Below the pieces are notes generated by a model. The model saw only the letters and a program-made list of their open reading frames with translations. It searched no databases and was not told the origin of the DNA. A stretch of 50,936 nt of DNA. Source: Bacteroidales bacterium. GTDB taxonomy: Bacteria > Bacteroidota > Bacteroidia > Bacteroidales > GCA-2748055. Numbering within the stretch: the first letter of the stretch is position 1; each line of letters opens with the position of its first letter. The translations under genes and the position numbers were made by a program. This document shows positions 45,133-50,936 of the stretch, piece after piece. The DNA is taken from contig JBBDIE010000180.1 of the NCBI GenBank assembly GCA_040880545.1, positions 13,962 to 64,897 of the forward strand, in the 5' to 3' direction.

Positions 45133-45753
45133 ATGGAGCTGATTAAAAAATACTTTCCGGAAATCACCCATAACCAGGTTTCACAATTCCAGGCACTTGG
45201 CAGTGCCCTGACAGAATGGAACGAAAAGATTAATGTGATTTCCCGCAAAGACACAGACAAGCTGGAAGAGAGGCATATTCTTCATTCACTGGCCATTGCA
45301 AAATTTACCGGATTCAATCCCGGTACCAGGATTATCGATGTGGGGACCGGAGGGGGCTTTCCCGGTTTACCACTGGCAATCATGTTCCCCAATTGTGAAT
45401 TTACCCTGGTGGACTCCATTGCAAAAAAAATAAAAGTGGTGAATGAAGTTGCTGAAGCTGCAGGAATAAAAAATGTACAGGCATACCAGGCCCGCGCCGA
45501 AACCATCAGGGATGAGTTCGACTTCGTTGTTAGCAGGGCTGTAACAGCATTCCCACAATTTTACAGGTGGTCATACAAAATGATCTCCAGGGTTTCATTC
45601 AATGAAACTCCCAATGGGATCATCGCTCTTAAAGGGGGAAATGTCAGCCCGGAGGTTTCGGGTTTTGGTAAAAGGTTGCACATTGTACCTGTCAGCACCT
45701 GGTTCGAAGAGGCGTGGTTTGCAGAAAAAAAAGTAATCCATCTGAAGATTTGA
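45133..45753 (+). CDS. rsmG: 16S rRNA (guanine527-N7)-methyltransferase
   Basis: WNEKINVISR, HILHSL, DVGTGGGFPG, SRAV, LKG. Confidence 0.96.
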   Translation: MELIKKYFPEITHNQVSQFQALGSALTEWNEKINVISRKDTDKLEERHILHSLAIAKFTGFNPGTRIIDVGTGGGFPGLPLAIMFPNCEFTLVDSIAKKIKVVNEVAEAAGIKNVQAYQARAETIRDEFDFVVSRAVTAFPQFYRWSYKMISRVSFNETPNGIIALKGGNVSPEVSGFGKRLHIVPVSTWFEEAWFAEKKVIHLKI

Positions 45754-45785
45754 CCTTAATTCTTTTTTCTTTAAAACTAAATCGC

Positions 45786-45793
45786 TATTTTTG
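45786..45793 (+). promoter_or_regulatory. sigmaA -7 element (TATTTTTG) for rpmH
   Basis: Exact match followed by CA. Confidence 0.7.
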
Positions 45794-45837
45794 CACCCCG
45801 AAAAGATTGAAAACAGAAATATCGTAAATTACCAGAT

Positions 45838-45999
45838 ATGCCAAAGAGAACATTTCAGCCATCGAACAGGAAGCGCAGGAACAAGCATGGCTTCAGGGAA
45901 AGAATGAGTACTGCCAGTGGCAGGAACATACTTAATCTGAGAAGAAGGAAAGGACGTAAGAAGCTTTCCGTTTCAGACGAAGCGCGTCATAAGAAATAA
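45838..45999 (+). CDS. rpmH: 50S ribosomal protein L34
   Basis: Not in the ORF track. [53 protein letters not shown]. Confidence 0.97.
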   Translation: MPKRTFQPSNRKRRNKHGFRERMSTASGRNILNLRRRKGRKKLSVSDEARHKK

Positions 46000-46022
46000 T
46001 AAATAAAGACCTGATTTATCAG

Positions 46023-46049
46023 AAAACCAGCCTGACGGTTGGTTTTTTT
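46023..46049 (+). terminator. Intrinsic terminator after rpmH
   Basis: aaaaccagcc-tgac-ggttggttttttt. Confidence 0.8.
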
Positions 46050-46190
46050 ATGCCCTGTTCTTTCCGCACCCTTTTCCTGTTTACCTCTCTTATTTTTCCT
46101 ACTTTTACCGATTCTAAACCCAGCAGATGAAACATTCGTGCAATTTTGTGGACAAATGGATATAAAAATGTTTAACTAAATAGTGTTGAA

Positions 46191-47630
46191 GTGAAAATTG
46201 CCATTATAGGAGGAGGTCCGGCAGGTCTAACTGCAGCATACCAGCTCTCCAAAGAGCTTGGGAATAAGGTAACAGCACTTGATGTGTTCGAAGCTGCCGA
46301 CACGGTGGGTGGAATGTCACGGTCTATTTCGCTCTGGGACCAGGTGGTTGACCTTGGCCCCCACAGATTCTTCAGCAAAGATAAAAAGATCAATGCCCTT
46401 TGGCTCGAAGTTGTGGGAGATGATTTTGACATTGTACGCAGAAAGACCCGGATCTACTATAATAAAACATTTTTCGACTATCCCATCCGTGCATTCAATG
46501 CTTTGAAAGGGCTGGGAATCTGGCAGGCCTCTCTTTGCCTTCTGAGTTACCTTCAGCAAAAGGTTTTCCCGGTAAAAGACACATCCACTTTTGAAGGCTG
46601 GGTGACCAGGAGATTTGGAAAACGGCTGTACAGGATCTTCTTCAAGACATATTCCGAAAAATTGTGGGGAATTAAATGTACCGAACTCGACAGCGATTTT
46701 GCCTCCCAGCGGATCAAGAAGCTCTCGCTCTTCGAAGCCATTAAAAATGCCATTGTAATTACAAATAAAAGCAAGCATGCCACCCTGGTGGATCAATTTG
46801 CGTACCCGGTGGGCGGAACAGGTTCCGTGTACCGGAAAATGATGGACCAGATCATTGCTAACGGAGGAGCAGTGCACCTTGATACACCCGTTGAAAAGGT
46901 GATTACAGAAAATAACAAGGTGGAAGCGCTGCTGCTGGAAAACGGTGAAAGAATCGAATACGACCATGTCATATCAACTATGCCATTGACACTGCTGGTG
47001 GAAAGACTCGGTAATGTATCTGAAGATCTTTCAGAAAAGGTAAGGTCCCTGAAATTCAGAAATACCATCCTTGTTTACCTGCAAGTGAACCAGAGAAACC
47101 TGTTTCCTGATCAATGGTTATATATCCACGATTCGGAGGTTGAGACCGGAAGGATCACAAATTTCCGCAACTGGGTACCCCAATTGTATGGCGATAAGGA
47201 CCAATCCATCCTTTGTATGGAATACTGGTGCAATTTTGAGGATGAGTTATGGAACAGTGATGACAATTATCTGAAGGAGCTGGCCACAGGTGAGATTGAT
47301 CATATCGGGCTTGCAGCAAAAGAGGATGTATTGGATGCCTCCATATTCAGAATTCCAAGGTGTTATCCGGTTTATTTCAGCGGATACCTGGAAAAACTGG
47401 AACCGGTACAGAAATTCCTTGACACCATCAGTCACCTGCATGTCATTGGAAGGTATGGAGCCTATAAATACAACAACCAGGATCACAGTATTCTTATGGG
47501 AATGATGGCAGCCGAAAATATCCTCCTGAATGAGGTCCATGACCTTTGGGGTATCAATACAGATTACGAAGTTTACCAGGAATCCGCGACCATAACAAAA
47601 ACAGGTCTGACCACTACAAAAGGCAATTAA
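46191..47630 (+). CDS. FAD-dependent oxidoreductase (HemY-like fold; UDP-galactopyranose-mutase-like C-terminus)
   Basis: IIGGGPAGLTAA, VGGMS, DLGPHRFFS, TYSEKLWG, GRYGAYKYNNQDHS. Confidence 0.85.
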   Translation: MKIAIIGGGPAGLTAAYQLSKELGNKVTALDVFEAADTVGGMSRSISLWDQVVDLGPHRFFSKDKKINALWLEVVGDDFDIVRRKTRIYYNKTFFDYPIRAFNALKGLGIWQASLCLLSYLQQKVFPVKDTSTFEGWVTRRFGKRLYRIFFKTYSEKLWGIKCTELDSDFASQRIKKLSLFEAIKNAIVITNKSKHATLVDQFAYPVGGTGSVYRKMMDQIIANGGAVHLDTPVEKVITENNKVEALLLENGERIEYDHVISTMPLTLLVERLGNVSEDLSEKVRSLKFRNTILVYLQVNQRNLFPDQWLYIHDSEVETGRITNFRNWVPQLYGDKDQSILCMEYWCNFEDELWNSDDNYLKELATGEIDHIGLAAKEDVLDASIFRIPRCYPVYFSGYLEKLEPVQKFLDTISHLHVIGRYGAYKYNNQDHSILMGMMAAENILLNEVHDLWGINTDYEVYQESATITKTGLTTTKGN

Positions 47631-47693
47631 TAGGCCGATATGTACGTTCAAATAAGTTGGTTGATTATATTTGCAAGACAGAAACCCAAATAA

Positions 47694-48491
47694 ATGGACT
47701 TTTTACGATTCCTGAAAACTAAAATATTTCTACGACATCTCCTGCTGGCTGTTTCCATCTCGGTTGTCATCCTTCTGATCACCTTGGTGTGGCTGAAAAT
47801 ATATACGCATCACGGGCAGGCAATCTCAGTACCAAACTTAACCGGATTAACCCTGGAAGAGGTGGAAGATGTTGTTACTTCCCGTAAATTAAATTACGAA
47901 GTACTCGATTCAATTTTTGCTACGGACATGCCCAGGGGCACAGTGGTCAAACAAGATCCGATACCCAACTCAAAAGTAAAGGTCAGGCGGCGTATTTTTG
48001 TAACAATGAACGCTATCAATCCGGAAAAGGTGGTGGTGCCCGACCTTGTATCCTTGTCGGACAGGCAAGCTATACTGGCCCTTGAAAATGCAGGACTTGA
48101 ACTGGGAGAACTCAGCTACAAACCAGATTTTGCTGAGAACAGTGTACTACAACAAAAACTAAATGGCTCCGTTATTAATGCAGGAACTATGATTGAAAAA
48201 GGCACAGCAATTGATCTTGTACTGGGTATGGGGCTAAGTAATGAATTAACCACTGTTCCCAACCTGCAAGGAATGGATCTGTCCATGGCCAAAGAAGCTA
48301 TTTCTGAAAGATACCTCAATTTCGGGGTAGCCATGTACGATGCATCGGTGCAGACAAAAGAGGACAGTATCCTTGCGCGTGTTTACAGCCAGAATCCGGA
48401 ATACGATGGATTTTCGAGGGTAAACAAAGGAGTGGAGGTATTTGTTTGGTTAACAGTCGACTCAACAATGCTCCAAATACAGGCGAGGTGA
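47694..48491 (+). CDS. PASTA domain-containing membrane protein
   Basis: N-terminal TM, YTHHG, three VP(N/D)L repeats. Promoter TATATTTG at 47666-47673. Confidence 0.9.
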   Translation: MDFLRFLKTKIFLRHLLLAVSISVVILLITLVWLKIYTHHGQAISVPNLTGLTLEEVEDVVTSRKLNYEVLDSIFATDMPRGTVVKQDPIPNSKVKVRRRIFVTMNAINPEKVVVPDLVSLSDRQAILALENAGLELGELSYKPDFAENSVLQQKLNGSVINAGTMIEKGTAIDLVLGMGLSNELTTVPNLQGMDLSMAKEAISERYLNFGVAMYDASVQTKEDSILARVYSQNPEYDGFSRVNKGVEVFVWLTVDSTMLQIQAR

Positions 48492-48503
48492 GTGCCCATT
48501 TAA

Positions 48504-50396
48504 ATGCAGATGCAGCTTTTGAAGATGAGACTGACTTTTAATACCGGCCCGCTGATTGCACTTCTTTTAGCAGGCACACAAGTAATAAGCGCACAGGAGT
48601 ATGTCGTGCCCCTTGAAAATAATCCGCAAATTAAGGATTATCCACAACCTGCAAAAAAAAACGCGGGTGCAGTCATGTTGGAACTGCCTGTAATTGACGA
48701 TTTTTCATATAATTCACCTTTTCCAGATACGGAAATCTGGGCTGATAATTATGCTTTTATCAATAACGGATTTGCTGTGAATCCTCCTACATTAGGGGTG
48801 GCAACACTGGATGCAATTAATCAGTATGGCTCAGTATATCCCGAAGCCACCATCAGTCCTCTCACATTTGATGCCGATTTCCTCACCTCCCATCCGGTGA
48901 ACCTGGCATTTCCGGCATCCGACAGTATTTACCTGAGCTTCTTTTACCAACCCATGGGAAATGGACTGATGCCAGGCTCATCAGACTCCCTATACCTTGA
49001 TTTTTTTGATCCCGTAACGGACGAATGGATTACTATATGGGGCTTACCTGGCGATACCTTAAGGGAATTCCGGCAAGTGATGATTCCTGTTACCGATGAT
49101 CGATTTCTTGTGGAGGGGTTCAGATTCGGTTTCAGGAACAGGGCCAGTCTTCCTAAAAACCCCGATTACATAGATAAACGGGGAAATGTGGATCACTGGA
49201 ATATTGACTATGTAAGGCTTGACAGGAACAGAAGTCACCGGGATACCATCATACGGGATGTGGCCTTCAACAAGCCGGTCCCCTCCATGCTTAAAAACCT
49301 GGAGTCCATTCCCTGGGACCATTTTGAGGTGGCTTACAACACCATTTACATTCCTTCAATCACATTTAATTATTTCAATAACGACAGCGCCATAAGAAAT
49401 GTAACCCGGAGCATGGTGACCCATGATGAAGTGTGGAACGAACTGTATAATCCTGCCAACCCAACAGCACAGGATATTTTACCCGGAACTTCGGTTACCC
49501 ATAATCTTCCAAATATCTATCCTTTCAATTTCAGCAGGGGAGATACTGCAAGTTACCTGGTAAAGGCCTGGCTCCGGACCGATGAATTCGACAATAAATC
49601 AAACGATACAATCTACAGGAGACAAATCTTCAAAGACTATTTTGCATACGACGACGGGACCGCTGAAAGGGGTTATGGCATACGTGGAAGCGGGACCAGT
49701 AACGGGTTGATAGCCGTCAGGTTCAATAGTTATATTGCTGACGAGTTGGGAGGTGTTGATGTCTATTTTACACAATTGATGGATTCACTCAACCTCGGTT
49801 ATTATTTTAAATTCATGGTATGGGATGATGTGGACGGACTTCCCGGTAATCTGATCTACGAAGATGATGTTGACCATACTGTGGTATATTCAGACATCCT
49901 GAATAAGTTTACCCGGTTTGAATTTAAGGAATCTGTAGGGATCTCAGGAACATTCTATGTGGGTCTGATGCAGTACAACCAATACCTCCTGAACATCGGA
50001 CTAGATGTCAATAAACCCTCCATCGGAAATTTGTTGTACAATATTGATGGTAACTGGACCCAGTCACTGGCGCCCGGAAGCCCGATGTTACGACCATTTG
50101 TTAAAAGATATTACTCCTCTGTTCCCAGGGAAGATGCCAGGGAAGAGACAGAAAGCAAAACATTGAAATTCTGGCCTAATCCCGTGCGGCAATATCTGCA
50201 TGTTGAACTGCCAGTTGATTTTTTAGATCAGGATTTCAGGTTGCAAATTTTTGACATTACGGGTAAAACTGTGGTTTCAAGGATTGCTTCCGGGCGTGAG
50301 ATATTTGTGGGTGATCTGCCTGACGGAATATACCTTCTTTCAGTTACCTCCGGTTCACATAATTTCAGAACTGAACGAATAATTATCCAAAGGTAA
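48504..50396 (+). CDS. T9SS type A C-terminal sorting domain protein
   Basis: Signal peptide ISA|Q; C-terminal WPNPV...IFDITGK...LPDGIYLL...RIIIQR; internal FAYDDGTAE. Confidence 0.88.
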   Translation: MQMQLLKMRLTFNTGPLIALLLAGTQVISAQEYVVPLENNPQIKDYPQPAKKNAGAVMLELPVIDDFSYNSPFPDTEIWADNYAFINNGFAVNPPTLGVATLDAINQYGSVYPEATISPLTFDADFLTSHPVNLAFPASDSIYLSFFYQPMGNGLMPGSSDSLYLDFFDPVTDEWITIWGLPGDTLREFRQVMIPVTDDRFLVEGFRFGFRNRASLPKNPDYIDKRGNVDHWNIDYVRLDRNRSHRDTIIRDVAFNKPVPSMLKNLESIPWDHFEVAYNTIYIPSITFNYFNNDSAIRNVTRSMVTHDEVWNELYNPANPTAQDILPGTSVTHNLPNIYPFNFSRGDTASYLVKAWLRTDEFDNKSNDTIYRRQIFKDYFAYDDGTAERGYGIRGSGTSNGLIAVRFNSYIADELGGVDVYFTQLMDSLNLGYYFKFMVWDDVDGLPGNLIYEDDVDHTVVYSDILNKFTRFEFKESVGISGTFYVGLMQYNQYLLNIGLDVNKPSIGNLLYNIDGNWTQSLAPGSPMLRPFVKRYYSSVPREDAREETESKTLKFWPNPVRQYLHVELPVDFLDQDFRLQIFDITGKTVVSRIASGREIFVGDLPDGIYLLSVTSGSHNFRTERIIIQR

Positions 50397-50398
50397 CC

Positions 50399-50936
50399 AT
50401 GAGTGAAGAAGCATTTGACAATAACGATCTGTACGAACATTTCAGGTTTGATTCCGATAAGGGACAGGCACCATTGCGTATTGATAAATTTCTCCAAAAC
50501 AAACTGGAAGCAACCTCCAGAAGCAGGATTCAGTCAGCTGCAGCCGCCGGCAGCATCCTCGTAAACAACGTTCCGGTAAAATCCAATTATAAAGTAAAAC
50601 CGCTGGATATAATATCCATTGTGCTTCCACATCCTCCCAGGAAACTTGAGCTCATAGCACAGGATATTCCGCTGAATATAGTCTTTGAAGATGATCATCT
50701 GATCGTGGTGAACAAGGACCCCGGTATGGTGGTCCATCCCGGTCATGGAAATTACACGGGTACCCTTGTGAATGCCCTGATGTTTCACCTGAAGGACAAT
50801 CCCCTCTTTCAGAGCGGCGAGGAGAGGCCCGGCCTGGTTCACAGAATCGATAAAAATACCTCCGGACTTCTGGTAGTGGCTAAAACAGAAATTGCCATGA
50901 CCAGCCTGGCCATGCAGTTTTTTAACAAGACCTCCA
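50399..50936 (+). CDS. rluD: RluA-family 23S rRNA pseudouridine synthase (partial, runs off the window)
   Basis: Not in the ORF track. S4 domain RIDKFL...SRSRIQ; VVNKDPGMVVHPGHG; catalytic RPGLVHRIDKNTSGL. Confidence 0.93.
   Translation, partial: MSEEAFDNNDLYEHFRFDSDKGQAPLRIDKFLQNKLEATSRSRIQSAAAAGSILVNNVPVKSNYKVKPLDIISIVLPHPPRKLELIAQDIPLNIVFEDDHLIVVNKDPGMVVHPGHGNYTGTLVNALMFHLKDNPLFQSGEERPGLVHRIDKNTSGLLVVAKTEIAMTSLAMQFFNKTS

Noticed and set aside
45754-46190. oriC near rsmG/rpmH
   Set aside because: Only isolated imperfect DnaA-box-like 9-mers (e.g. TGTGGACAA); no cluster, no unwinding repeats, and no dnaA.
1-50936. Numerous 60-220 aa antisense or nested ORFs in the track
   Set aside because: They lie opposite or within well-supported genes and show no independent motifs.

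Overview
Chromosomal segment of a Bacteroidota bacterium, probably Bacteroidales-like. The lineage call rests on TAnnTTTG -7 promoters in front of many genes, gldB, a T9SS cargo protein, a MurF-Alr fusion, and DUF1573/DUF5777 proteins. Most of the window is housekeeping: meaB, ppk1, nadE, tdk, rsmI, dnaB, ispE, tgt, rsmG, rpmH, rluD and envelope genes. Four genes are missing from the ORF track: a partial BlaR1/M56 gene, a 2x[4Fe-4S] ferredoxin, rpmH and a partial rluD. The stand-out region is an AT-richer, single-strand 9-gene block at 12039-21324. It encodes a membrane-bound sensor-HAMP-PAS-LuxR one-component regulator, a YceI lipoprotein, a DOMON/EbdC-like lipoprotein with two c-heme motifs, a CX4CH cytochrome lipoprotein, a DUF5777 outer-membrane barrel, a Tat-exported polyferredoxin, an ActC-like NrfD protein, a membrane-anchored Ig-like protein and an ActE-like cytochrome c. 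Together these look like a complete quinone-pool-to-cell-surface electron conduit with no catalytic subunit. Other unexplained signals: a secreted protein with seven ExWMT repeats behind a sigma54-like promoter, a non-coding motif shared in inverted orientation by two intergenic regions 6 kb apart, and several operator-like arrays. All family calls come from reading motifs by eye; no database search was run. No rRNA, tRNA, CRISPR array, transposase or integrase was seen.
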